Origin: Mytilus californianus
Taxonomy: Eukaryota
Length of the DNA: 64,000 nucleotides
Direction of reading: 5' to 3'
Assembly (NCBI RefSeq): GCF_021869535.1
Contig: NW_026262669.1
Coordinates: 4,650,001-4,714,000 of the forward strand
A program made the position numbers and the translations under genes. Every line of letters starts with the position of its first letter. Position 1 is the stretch's first letter. The notes beneath the pieces were generated by a model that worked only from the letters and a program-made list of their open reading frames with translations, did no database searches and was not told the DNA's origin. This document shows positions 49,901-63,149 of this stretch, in pieces.

Positions 49901-51754
49901 TTTAAAATAATATTTGTATGCAGAATCCCCTGAAATGCTCAATCAAATATTGATCATTAATCATGCCAAATATTGAAATGTGATATTTGTATGATTTTAA
50001 AGTTTCGCTTAATAGATTTAAAAATCATTAAAACACTTAGATTTCAACAAATACAAATAAAGTTAACATTTGGTTGATTTAACCAGTTTTGTTTATATAA
50101 AAATAATGAGATGTGGTATGATTGCCAATGAGACAGCTATCCATCAAAGGTCAAATGAAGTGTATGTGAGCAATTATAGGCAACCGTACAGCCTTCAACA
50201 ATGAGAAAAACCCATATGGTCGGCTATACATTGAACAATAGGAAACAATTCAATTGAGAAAACTAACTGCTAATTTATAACAAAACAATTTACGAAAAAC
50301 AAATATAACAGACATAAACCAACGACAACTACTGAACTACAGGTTCCCTATGGTCACATACTTCAACTGTGTCGGTTATCATACATCCTCGGCTTAAAAC
50401 ATTTCTGGTTTGAACGCTTTCCATGAAATGTGATATATGTATGATTTCAAAGTTTGGCTTAATAGACTTAGAAATCATTAAAACACTTAGGTTTCAACAC
50501 ATAACATTAAAGTTAACCTTATGTTGATTTAACCAGTTGTGTTTATATAAAAACAAGGAGATGTGGTATGATTGCCAGTGAGACAGCTATCCACCAAAGT
50601 TCAAACGAAGTGAATGTAAGCAATTATAGGCAACCGTAGAGACTTCAACAATGAATAAACCCATACCGTATGAACAATAGGAAACAATTCAATTGAGAAA
50701 ACTAACTGCTAATTTATAACAAAACAATTTACGAAAAACAAATATAACAGACATAAACCAACGACAACTACTGAACTACAGGTTCTCTATGGTCACATAA
50801 TTCAACTCTTTCGATTATCACAAATCCTTGGCTTTAAACATTCTGGTTTGAACGCTTTCCATTAAGGTAAATCATCACAAATTGTTGCTACATATACATC
50901 CCAGAAAAACTTTGAGTCTCCAAGAGTTAACATCACTGCTGCTTTACCTTTAGTTCCCATTTGCCTCCCTGCTTCGGCAACAACTAGACGTTTAGTGCTG
51001 GCTCTACTTTGAGCTGCCTGTTATGAAAGGCTTTTCAGTGTGATTTATCATATTGGAAAGCAGTTCTTCTAGTCAGGGATTTGTTTGTGCTTTAATACTA
51101 AAAATTAAATTTTTGGCTGCATTTGTTACTTACTAAGAAAATTCTATTTTTTATTTGCAAATAGCATTTTAAGAAAGAAATAGATAAATTCCAGATTCAA
51201 AAAAATGTCTTCCATAGGTAATACTTCTAATCTTTACATTAAAATTTCCAAACAAATTGACAGCATCCTTATTTAAGTAGTACATATTACGCTTTTAAAT
51301 GCTGGAGGTCGAGAAAATTTTAGTAAATTTGTGGTAATGGTGTAAACAAAATTCCGTAAAATTGTGGGTTCTTTTTACATCTTATGTCTTCCTTAGGAGG
51401 GAGGGAGGAGGGGGGGGGGGGGGGGGGTGGATACTTGTTGGGTTATTATCTCGGTACTTCATCTATATTTCAGAGCATATACGGCCACCACTATTTTTGA
51501 TAGGGTTTATTTCAATCAGTTTTCCTGGGGGTCTTTTTTCGTCTTTTGTCTTTTACTTTTGTTCGTTCGTTCTTCTCTCAAAATTAACAATTTATCATTG
51601 TTATGTAGTTTCATATAATAGCGCTTGCGTATGGGGAACATACTGTACATTCAGAAATTACAAAATGATAAAATTCGCCAACATACTAACTGTCATTTTA
51701 ACTTTAAAATAATATTTGTATGCAGAATCCCCTGAAATGCTCAATCAAATATTG
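40962..51754 (+). repeat. Tandem array of six near-identical units of about 1798 bp
   Basis: Junction caaatattgatcattaatc with ttga at 42761, 44559, 46357, 48152, 49950; periods 1795-1802; each unit holds an internal dimer of period about 450 bp and a G-tract. Confidence 0.97.
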
Positions 51755-54700
51755 CAGCACTAACTGAATTCATTGTTTATATAATTTTCTAGATTTTGTG
51801 TTTTCCCTACCATTACTCAGTTTATAGATTGTTGCTGCTTAAAATGAAGCTTTTGAGCAAAGTGTTCATATTGTTAAAGATGGACTTATCTCTTTAAAGG
51901 TTAACTGACGCCAACTTGATATAGTTATTCGTTATGAAATAGCTGTACGCGTATGTTCCTATGTATTACCCACAATCTCGTGTTCTTTTCCATTAGCCAC
52001 AAAATACAACGTATCATCAAATTCTAACTTCCCGTGCAACACAATCATTTTATATTTACACGGAAGCAACTCATGTTTTTCCGACTCATGTATGTAATAT
52101 CTACCCTTTTACGCGGACTCTTAAGTGTCAAAGCCAGAAAAAGTTTGAAAACCATTGGAACTTATATACTGGAGTCTTCATTATGTACTTTAACTATTTG
52201 TTAAACTTTTTACACTATCTATTTCTTTGATGAGTTTTTGCTCTACTCCTTGCCAAGCAAAATATGTTCCAGTTGGTTTATAAATAAGAACGACTGTAAT
52301 CGACACTACATGACATTTACGTTCATATTCACAGATATGTTTTTTTGTGTTTAAACTTTTATTTCAGATTCAAACTATTAATAACTTATGTAATTTTATT
52401 CCTTAAATCCGTAAGAAGTGAATGCTTACAGAATGTAATAATCGGACAGAATCAGAAAAATGTACTTTTATCAAACGATGTAAGACCGCAAAAACATGTA
52501 GCTTATGAATTGAGACACAAACATAGCATATCGGTCAACCAATTCGTAAAATTTATATTTTGACGATTTCAGTAGTTCTTCTTCTTAACACTTTGGAGCA
52601 GGTTTTCAGTTATAAGCACACCCTTGTTAATGAATTATGTATATCGCTAACAGGCACGAGCGTCTAGTGTTAACTAAGATATGTAATCATTATCCGATAC
52701 CAGTAGATATAAAAGTACGACCGATTCATGTGTTTGCACGATTATTTAACAATTTTCTCTATCGTATTTAAAACAAGAGAAACACCGTGTCAGGATCTTA
52801 GTCACCGATTACAATATACCCCTTTCGAGCTATGTCCACCGGAAAAGTTTGTCAATTATGCGCGCCTTTATGACGTCATTTTCCAGATACAGGGGACCGC
52901 CTGTATCCCTGCACTATTAAAATTCATCTTCGTGATCGTCATTATGCAGACTTCTCTAACAATTATGTTTGTTCCGTAGGTACGTAATCACAATGATTCG
53001 AGAAACATAGAATCATATTTTTTAACCGCTCGCTCAAATTTGAAGCACGAATGATGTTCACTAAAACCAAAGATTTTGACGAAAATGCAACAAACTGGAA
53101 ACTGGTCTTTTGATTGAGGGACTTGTACACTAAAACATAACTTATCACTTCCATTCAATCAAGCCAAGAAAACTTAGACGAAAATTGTCCTTGAACAATC
53201 AGAGTTGTAATTTTTTGAACTATCGGCAAACAGAAATTTAATTCACAGCGCATGTAACATTTGTTTTACACGCTACAATTCAACATTATCAAGCTGCACA
53301 CTAAATATAAGATAATTCTCTTTCAACGAAGCCGCGAAAACTTTGACGAAAGTTTTCTATCAAAAGGTCTTTCGGACGTACGAAAGGAATTACAAAAGGA
53401 CGGAATGACGGACGGAGTCCAGCGGGTTACTGGACTTGTTTTCGATGTTGGCCAAAACAGGTAAAAAACATTCTAGTCAAACCAGTTGCAAGGTTTATGT
53501 CATTAAAAATTAAAAAAAATACGTATTGAAATATAATCATAAAATTCTATAAAACAAGAAAATTAACATTCACAAAAATTATACATATTACTGAAATACT
53601 AAATGGAAATATAATACAATCTACGTGGTTACTATTTTAATGGCAGAAACAACGGATTAATCAAATATATGTCTGATGATTGAATTCACATTCAGAAATA
53701 CAGTGTAGGGTATAGACATATTGTGGTTAACTTGAACAATAACTTGAAGTACTAGAAAAATGTACACTTTCAAATTTGTTTCGAATCAATTGCTTAAATA
53801 CTAATCCGACACGTTATAATGCTTTTCAATATGTAAGGTTCTACACTAAAATTAATTGTAGGATACATAGAAAAGTAAAATCAATTCGAATGTCTTAGGT
53901 TATTTTTCTAACAACGGACACTAAAATGTCAATAATTCATTGTAGTTTTGTAACACTTGATTTTGATGAAGTGTAGCTAATTATTTCAAAATAGATATAA
54001 TACTAAGTCACGAGAGAAAATTGAAGTATTATCCTGGATATACGAAAATATCAAAGTATGAATGATTCGTTTGATCCATTTTAGTAAACTATATGCAAAG
54101 TTTGTCTTTTTATGTTGTTAGAATCGTACATATTTCAACATAAAACTAACATACAAATAAAACAAGGAAACATTATATTGTAATTGATTTCCATTAATTT
54201 TTGATCAGAAGAAAGTGTTATATATCATTTATGTGTCTCGCAAATGTTTGTTACTGGCTGTATATTTAATCCCATATGCAGTACATCAATCTGAAAAAAT
54301 AAATAAAAAGAATGTTTTGTGAATTACCTTAGTATATACATCATTCTTGAAACGCATTGCAAGTTAAAACTTTGTTCATCATAGGTGTGAGTGAATGTTT
54401 GCTTACATCTTAGAAGTTTTATTGTCCTCAACATTAATTTTCGTATATTTAGTTTTGAAATATCTAACTAGTTTGATATACTGAACAAATCGTTTAGGAC
54501 TGTTATTGGTTTATTTGTTTGATCTTGTATTCGGTCACAATTTGACTCAATAAATAGTGTGGACTGATGTTGCTTATGATTAGTTTTATGGAACAGCAGT
54601 CATACAAGTCAAAGCTACCAATGTGTTATCATTTTAACAAGAACGTCGTCTCATCTTTGTATAAGAGATATTATAGATCATCTAATAACAGTACATGCCA

Positions 54701-55186
54701 GTTCTGTATTTTGATACATATATATAGTCACTTTATTTGTTGAAATTATCTGTATATGATGAGTATGTATCCGGTCTATAAGAGTACCAATCTTTTCAAA
54801 TGGAACCGATTTATGTCAGAGACGACCATACCACTTAACTAAAAAAATAGTGTCCTTCATGAGAAGCAACTTGCAAACATAATATTGTTTATCTCTTTAC
54901 AAAAACAAGTTTAAAAGATACTACCGCAGAAAAATGCCATTTTGTGCATATCATTATCGATCAGTTATTAGTTAGATGTATTGTACTTTTTCATGTAAAT
55001 TTTGAGTATGAAACAAATTAATTGAAAATAACCATGTTATACTTCGAGTATAGCTATCAGTGTTACAATTTTGTATAATCATTATATGTACTTCTTTTGA
55101 TGACTAATGCATATAATGTACATCCTCGCCGCCATCGAAGAAAAATATAAATCGTAAGCTTTATCTTCAATACTTACTGTCCACAG

Positions 55187-55262
55187 GTACAGCTACAATG
55201 AGAACATATTATATCATCGTCGGACTTTTGTCAATATTTATTTACCTATTGGACCTAACAGT
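55187..55262 (+). pseudogene. Candidate 76-nt exon, copy D (MRTYYIIVGLLSIFIYLLDLTV)
   Basis: ccacag acceptor, acaATG context at 55198, gtaagt donor, hydrophobic core. Confidence 0.45.
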
Positions 55263-56432
55263 GTAAGTTCTATAGTTTGAAATGGTTGACATATTGTCAA
55301 TTTGGGATTTTGTTTAGCTTACTTAATATACGGTATTTGTATTTCTCACTATTGGAAAAGCCCGTAATTTGACTTATTGCAACTAACATCAACATAATTT
55401 ACTCTATGTTGGGTAGCTGTCTCATTGTCAATTCTACCACATGTTGTAATGTTTATACTATTGGCTAATAGTTTAATGACTGAACACATAATTTATCAAA
55501 TTAAAATATTCAAGTCTGTTTGATTTTTTTATAAGCAAAGTAACACTGTTATTTATGCATCTTGATAACAATTTTCAAACATTGCAACTATCACCTTTTT
55601 CCACTTTTATAAGAAGATTGCCATTTGTCATATGATTCCTATGACAACAAATGCTCAAAGTTTTTAGTTTTAGTTTTCGATTTGGTACTTGACAGTTACC
55701 GACTAAAGTTAAATAATACATATATTTGAAATAGTAATGGTATGATATATATATATTAAATAACACAAAGGATAACACATGTTAGTTTTTTGTAATTCTA
55801 GAACTATGTTTTCAAAACAGACGTCATACATTTAGTATTAATCGGAAACGACTTTGAATGGCGACGATTAATCAAATAACCAGGAATTCTGGTTTACAGC
55901 ATAATATGTACATATCGGGAATTGATACATTGCTTGGACATATAGATATATAACATGAAAGGAATAATGAGAAAGAAGACACAAGATAAAAAAAATATTG
56001 TTACAATTTAGACATATTGTCACCTTTTTTCAGAAATACGGACATACTAAACATATACGATATTTGAATAACTTGGAATATCGTTACGCAATTAGATAAT
56101 TCCGCTTATTGCAAGCTGCATAATTAAGTACATTATACAAGTTTCAAAGACTATCGTCATGTTATAAATTGCGATATAATTGTAAACTATACTTATCTGT
56201 TTAAAACTATTCACTTACCGACTGCAAAAAAAATAAATTAAAATCAAGTCAATGATTATGCAATACAGCATACCATCAAGCAATGAGTTATAGAAGCCAT
56301 CGCAATATAAGTAGTAAAGTGATAGTAGAACTGACAGCTTTTTGTTGAATGTTATAGTCAGTAATCATGTCAAAAATTAAAATTTTGTGTTTGTAATATT
56401 TTATAATAACAAACATATAATTTTTTCTGAAG

Positions 56433-56560
56433 CACTGGTAGAACTTCAGTCTTCTATTGCCTGTTCTGTCTTACTGTCATATCAAATAACAAATGCAACT
56501 ACGTTTGACGGAAAAACATGTTTGTTCTTTTATCAATTAAAAAATATAAAACGTCCATAT
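56433..56560 (+). pseudogene. Candidate 128-nt exon with a PAN/apple-like cysteine pattern; broken paralog at 39421-39538, deleted in B
   Basis: ttttctgaag acceptor; LVELQSSIACSVLLSYQITNATTFDGKTCLFFYQ; donor gtgagt here and gtaagt in C. Confidence 0.35.
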
Positions 56561-56757
56561 GTGAGTGATAATTAGTTAGCTGTGCATATCAAATGTTATA
56601 AAACTTTCAAACATTGTCCGTTTACAGATACATGTACAACATTATAAACCTGATCTCTTTAATAAGTTTCTATACTGTTTTATGGAATACTCTGATACTA
56701 CAAGCAGTGTATTTGTCAGGTTATTAAGTCGTAATGAATTACCTACACAACGTTTAA

Positions 56758-57200
56758 GGTGGATCAACACTAAATATTTCTTGAGACAGAATTTTTTTAT
56801 ATTTTGTGTAAATGCAGTTTATAAAATACTCTTTTGAAAAAAACAATAAAAAATAGGGGTCACCGTGCTTGTTTGGTCAGTACCCTTATCCAAAGTATTG
56901 TGTATTTTCGAGGTTTTTTATATAGATATTACAGGGAAATCGGCATTTGTAAATTTTCCCTAGTTCAGAAAAAAAATCCATGAGACAGATTTTTCTTATT
57001 TTCTCTAGAATTGTAGCAAAGATATAGATGAAAAAAAAAATAATAAAAAAACATAGGGTCACCGTGCATTTTAAAGAAATATTTCATCATTTGCTTGAAT
57101 ATTTTCAGATTTTCAGGAAGGGGAGATAACTGTATCCAGATTTCCCGGGAAAAGATTAATATAAATACTCATTACTAATAGAACTAAATTAGGTAAATTC
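56758..57200. mobile_element. Kolobok-like DNA transposon terminus (other end not in window)
   Basis: TTAA (56754-56757) then GGTGGATCAACACTA exactly where homology to unit B stops; subterminal direct repeats gagacaga.ttttt and tagg(g)gtcaccgtgc twice each; related end ttaaggtggtacctaacacta at 19190. Confidence 0.55.
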
Positions 57201-58797
57201 TAGGTCCTTATTATTATTTGAAACACTTTTGTGTTACAGATTTCTACTACAAAAATCCATGATAACCAATGATATCTCCATAGCAACCAAATAAATCAAT
57301 TTATGCACTTGGAAATTAGAACATAGAGAAACATGTAAATTTGAGCATATTTATGTAGTACAAATTATAAGTCTTTATTGCTTAAATTGATTTCACAATC
57401 TGTTATTCTCTGCAAAATTATATTAAAGGAATGCCTATAAGTTATTTTGAGATATCTGGACCAAAATTTGGGTAAAATCCAATTTTTTTAACACAAAATC
57501 ACAAATTTTGAGAAACTAATTTTTGTACTTGAATTTCAACCAAATTTATATACAATTTAGAAAATGTTATCAAAACTTGGTTTTATACACCAACAATTAT
57601 TTTGATCTTGTAGATTCTTCTTCTCGGTTTAAAAAAAAATCACAAATTTTGAACAATGACGTACAGGTAGGGTTAGGCATTCAAAATCATATCCAGATGT
57701 CAAAAAGTTTCAATATGTTGTAAAAACTAACTTTCTGATCCCGTAAAGTGGAGTTGCTCTAGAGGCATGCATGCAGTGGAAGATCCAGAAGTAGGGGTCT
57801 GCACTGGTCATGCTTCAGTGATTACCTACATATAAATCAACCAACCCCCCTTTTTTTTCTGCGTGCATCAATCTCTCCGTGTGTCTCATAAAAATGTGCA
57901 AGTGGTTTTCTAGTTGTCATCTTTTTACCTTGTTTTCATGTCAGTTTTCGTTATCATGTATTTTGAGGGAAAATGCTAATTTTGATGTACAATATGTGGA
58001 TTTTGAGGATTATTATCTCTTTTTGCACAATTGACCAAAACATATTTTGAGTACTAGTCACCAACTTACCGTTTTTACCATGTTACAGATTTTAGTACAA
58101 GCCATTTTGCTAATGATAAATGCCATAAGGTGACCTATAGTAGCTGACTTCTACGCCTGAATAGTTGTCTCATTGTCAAAGATATCACACGTTCTTATTT
58201 TTACAATACAAATTTAATTAATGTATACATTTAAACATTTTCACAAAAGAAAGCAAACAAAGACTTATGGCTGACCATGTGGTATGGGCTTTGCTTATTG
58301 TTGAAGACTTGATGGTTACCAATAGCTGTTTCTGCGTCATTTGTTCTCTAAAGGAGAGTTGTTACATTGGCAATCGAACCACATCTTTTTATTTTGCTGA
58401 ACACACATTCTTTTTACAGGTTGATCAATAATTTGAAAGGGTCCTCTATATGTCAATCAGTAAACTGCAGCTTCTACTAGACACATAAATTGAAATTCAT
58501 TATTTGAGTAAAAAAGAGATTAAAAGGTTAAAATTAAAATTTGTTTGCTAGAAAGAAAGATGTCAAATGGCTTTGTTGACTTTTATTCCCTATCCTTTGC
58601 ATCCATGCCAAATTTAAAACAAATTGAAGAAAACACATGAGCTCAATCTGATGAAAGGGATCTGTATTATGTATCCAAGACATATATAATATTGCACTTA
58701 TTCTGTTGCACAATATACAGAAAGAAATACAAGCATGAACTATAAGCAATTTTTATTAATTAATAGACTGGTAATTTAGTCCATTATGTATCATATT

Positions 58798-58801
<4 letters not shown>

Positions 58802-58826
<25 letters not shown>
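58802..58826. repeat. (TA)n microsatellite
   Basis: About 12 TA units. Confidence 0.95.
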
Positions 58827-58828
<2 letters not shown>

Positions 58829-60171
58829 AATATATAATGTTTGAATCCAAATTAACATTTGCAATTTTCATTATTTTTTTTATCACAGTTGTTACAAACA
58901 CTTATTGTATTACATATTGAAAACAAAAATGTCAGTAGGAACAGTAAAATTTAAAAACCACCAGTCAAGATAAATCTGATAAAACTTGTTAATGAAAAGA
59001 AAAATATTTGCAACCTGTATAAAATTTAAACCACATCAACTCTTATTGATCTTTGCATAGTGTTTGAATTCTTTATTTGATAAAATGATAAAAGGCAAAA
59101 TAAATTCCAGCACATATTAACAGACATATATATGCAAGAACAGTACTACATCATAACCCTTCATGTACAAGCTTGGTCAAATAACAAACCAGATACTCAC
59201 ATGAACATGTATTTTCTCATATAATTTTTCTATAAATTTTCTTTAAAACATTTTTTTATAACAAATCATTCTCACAAGTCATTATTTAATAGTATCATTC
59301 TGAAAAAATATCTATTTTACATATTTCGTTAATAATCATGTTAATTTTGGATAAAATTTTACCAACAAGTGTGGTAACAAGATAGAATATTCCATTTTTA
59401 ATTAATTGAAATTTGCCTCCTAAATTAAGATATGAAATGTGAACAGAAGACAAGAATTGACACAAACTGATGGCAACAGCTCACAAATCCTTAAATAAGT
59501 AGTGATATTATACAATGACAGTACAAATTATAAACATGTTATAAACTATATATCAGGTAGATATAAGTTTAAGTGGTCTTTTTCAAGTCTAACAAATTAC
59601 ATTCACTAATATGGATCACACAACATATGTGTGGTACACAATATGATCATTCTTACTGTGGTAAAACAAAATGTCATCTTTGACTTTAAATCCTTCATAC
59701 AATTAAAGAACTATAGACAACATTATAAAATTTTATAAAAAATTTTACTACTAAAATTCTATTTCCTGACATTCAGCATGGACGGATCAATCAAATTGCT
59801 AAAAAATAAGGTATGCGTAGTAGACTACAGGACCAGTCAAATTTTTCTAATCTCTTATCCAAAAATTTAGCTCACAAACAAATATTAACTTTAACATTTA
59901 TGGTGCAATGTAGTATTTAAATCTTTATATTATATATATTGACCTGATTCTCCATAAGGTCAAAGATTTAGCATCCTAAGAAGTAGGTTTCTTTGATAAT
60001 AACAATTATTGCTAATTGATATAATAGAAGCTTGGTCACAGAAGCAAGTATGTCTGTAGATTAAAATTTCTGTTAATCTCTAGTAGCATTCACCATAATA
60101 TGTTCCATTTAAATTCTACAATGTATATATAATCAGATTCATATGGAATCTAAAACAATTTACTCTTCATT

Positions 60172-60941
60172 TCATATAACAAAAAAATCATACACCTTCT
60201 GAATGATAGATTTTGATGTTGTAACACGTACTACACCTGAACTATTTTTTTGAGACAAAAGTGCCCTCAGTCCATCAATACCATTTCTTTGAATTGACAA
60301 AATAAAATGCTTCTTGCACAACCCAGTTGAAGCTGCCTTTTTGGCTAATTGTTTTGACATTACTTTATTTTCAACAAGAGCTTTGAAAGATAAGTCATTT
60401 TGGCAATATTTTGGGTACATTCCATCAAATGTATACTTACAGAAATGAGAAGCTAAATTTCCATGTGATCGCACCAGTTTAAATAAAGATTTACAGTCAT
60501 ACAAAGCATTATGTGCATCATAACTTTCCCCTAAAAAATCTGACACTAAATCACACTGCTTGTAACTTTGACGACCTGGATATTCACTCCTAAACAATAT
60601 TCTTGTGTCAATGAACCCATTAAAATACAGGCAAAATTCATCCCACATCTTCAATTTATTCAATTGATTATACAGTATATGGCAGTCAAACGTTTTTATA
60701 TTGTGTCCAACAAGTGTTGGTTTAGAAGGAAACTTGGACAAAAAAGCAATAAGATTAGTAAAGACTTCAAATGGTGGTGAACTTTCCACAGGAACTTCAT
60801 CATAGTACATTTGCCCATCAAAGAATGCAAGTTTTGTTATATCAGATGCCTGTGGTGTTATCTTCTTTGATGGCATAACATAGGCTGAGAAAGTTTCATT
60901 CTCAGTTAAAGCTGCTATCTGTACAATATCTGACTGACGAG
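60172..60941 (-). CDS. DEDDh 3'-5' exonuclease with PML-like C-terminal region, terminal exon
   Basis: ttttcag acceptor at 60942-60943; SRQSDIVQIAA..LVGHNIKTFD (Exo II)..HNALYD (Exo III, H-x4-D)..; 770 nt open to TGA 60172. Confidence 0.9.
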
Positions 60942-61104
60942 CTGAAAATTTTAAAATGATCTGTTAATCAAACTCAATAGATATAAGAAGATGAGGTATG
61001 AGTGAACTGTCCATCCAAGTCACAATGTATTAAAGTAAACTATTATAGATCAAAGTACGTCCTTTAATATGGACCCTTAGCTCACACCCAACTACAAGCT
61101 AATA

Positions 61105-61935
61105 AAATGCTCTGCTGGGGCGCAGCTTGATACGACCGCAGAGGTCGAACCCTGAAAACCAGTTGGGGCAAGTGTGGACACAACATTCAAGCTTGATACA
61201 GCACTGAATTTGGATTGTAATTAAATATTTGACACAGCATAGGTTTCTGACACAGAATGAAAGTGGTCTAAGAACTTAAAAAATTTTAATTTACCTATTC
61301 AAACCATATCATTATTATTTGCTTTTATATATAAATCAGAAATAACCAATTTAAAATGGAAAATTTTAAAGAAAAAAAGGGAAAAAAAAATCCCCCCAAA
61401 ATTTTTTGAACCCCAATATGATTCATCACCCCCAAACTCAATCCCAGCCTTCCCTTTGTGGTATGGCACCTTGCAGTACAATTTCAGAGAGATCCATACA
61501 CTTGAACACAAGTTATTGTCTGGAAACTAGAAAAATGCTTGTTTTTGGCCCCTTTTTGGCCCCAAATTCCTAATCGTTTAGGGCAATTACCCCCAAACTC
61601 AAACCCAGCTTTCCCTTTGTGATATGGAACCTTGCAGTACAATTTCATAAAGATCCATACACTTACACACAAGTTATTGTCCTGAAAGTAGAAAAATGCT
61701 TGTTTTTTTGCCCTTTTATGGCCCCTAATTCCTAAAATTTTGAGGAAATTACCCCTAAAATCAATCCCAGCCTTCCTTTTGTGGTATGGTACCTTGCAGT
61801 ACAATTTCAGAGAGATCCATACACCTGAACACAAGTTATTGTCTGGAAACTAGAAAAATGCTTATTTTTGGCCCCTTTTTGGCCCCTTATTCCTAAACAT
61901 TTTGGGCAATTACCCCAAAACTCAATTCCAGCTTC
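61105..61935. mobile_element. Intronic non-autonomous element with internal 161-bp tandem repeats (Helentron/HINE-like architecture)
   Basis: ccc(c)aaactcaatcccagc units at about 61431, 61592, 61753, 61913 after a unique head; classification is inference. Confidence 0.55.
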
Positions 61936-62483
61936 GGAACATCAGGTAAATGAATTTATTCTTAAATTTATGAAATAAAAGGGTTAATTTTTCAAAAAAT
62001 AAAATTAACCTCTGTATTTCTGTAATTGTTTTGTACATAAATCAGGTGGTTAGTTTTTTTCTGGTTTTGTCATTTTGTGGCCTTCCATACCTGACTGTGT
62101 GGTATGAGTATTGATCATTGTCAAAGGCTATATGGTAACCTATAGTTAACCTCTTTGCCATTTAGTCTCTGGTAGAGAATTGTCTCATTTGGCAACCATA
62201 CTACATCTTCTTATTTTATAATCATTATGATAACTTCAAAACAGGAACAACTGAAAATGCCAAGGATGGTTCTGTATATATCAGAGTTTTATTGTTGTGT
62301 AATAGCAATGACTTAGGCACATTTAGTATTCATTGGGGAATCAATTAATAATTAGAATATTTTATTGTGAGAATATACCCAATACTATTACAAAAAAGAA
62401 GCATTCAATTCTTGTAATTATATTATTAAGCTACCACCCAATGAGTAATATCACGATTTTGTTCTTTTCCCATGCATCATTGT

Positions 62484-62934
62484 GGTCCGAGTACACAGTT
62501 ATTTCGTAGTGCATTTCTTTTAGACAATAAATGAAAATTAAAAAAATCCCACCTGCGCTTTCTCAATAATATTTTTACAGTGTGTTGTACTACTTTTGGG
62601 ACAAATTATATCAAAATTATAGAAAACTTCATCGGCTCTAACTCAAAATATGGACAATTTCATGCTAAGGGGGTCTTCAAATCTTTTGACAGCTTCCGAT
62701 GTGCTAATTTTTAACATTTTTCAGCTGGACCAAATCACTACTTTACTTTAAAATTCATGACCCAAATTTTTTTACAGTGTCATTTCACCCCCCTACTTAC
62801 TATTTGAGTCATAAAACATGGAGAAATAAATTCGGAAGGGGTATCAAAAAAATCGACAAGTAACACACTGTCCACACTAGGGACTATATTCGTGGACAAC
62901 GAAAATCAAAGGACGATAACTGTGTTCCCGGACC
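62484..62934. mobile_element. Intronic MITE, 451 bp
   Basis: 19-bp TIR ggtccg(a/g)g(t/a)acacagttat with 2 mismatches; ttgt on both flanks (62480-62483, 62935-62938). Confidence 0.7.
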
Positions 62935-63149
62935 TTGTGACATTGTCATGGGAAGCACACACATTTATGAATGTTGTATTTTTTTGGAGAAAAGAAAGAT
63001 ATTTTGGAATTCTTTGTGATTTTTGTTAGCCAGCAAAAGTATACATTTTTAAGAAATGTAATTTCATGTAAAAATGAAGCTGTTTACACCAATAAATTTT
63101 GATTGATTATGTCTCAGATACACATAAATTTCTCTATAGGAATACATAC

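Larger units (their letters stand above)
51567..56757 (+). repeat. Large paralogous unit D, truncated by the Kolobok-like insertion
   Basis: Colinear with B and C up to acctacacaac(g/t)ttt; homology to B ends abruptly at 56757. Confidence 0.85.

Noticed and set aside
42397-51712. Recurring 63-116 aa ORFs (MSSLGGREEGGGG..., MIGFISISF...) in the 1.8-kb array
   Set aside because: Their frame and length change with G-run length; composition reflects T-rich non-coding DNA; no domain motif.
53261-53464. 67-aa ORF ending KDGMTDGVQRVTG as a gene
   Set aside because: Built on an acgga-type simple repeat; the frame is not kept in B (26801) or C (36234).
15640-58660. Other ctgatga matches as hammerhead cores (about 15652 minus, 36568, 53673, 58649)
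   Set aside because: No properly spaced GAAA, stem II or UH cleavage triplet.
61299-61834. Minus-strand ORFs of 70 and 116 aa in the exonuclease intron
   Set aside because: Translation of a 161-bp tandem repeat inside a non-autonomous element.
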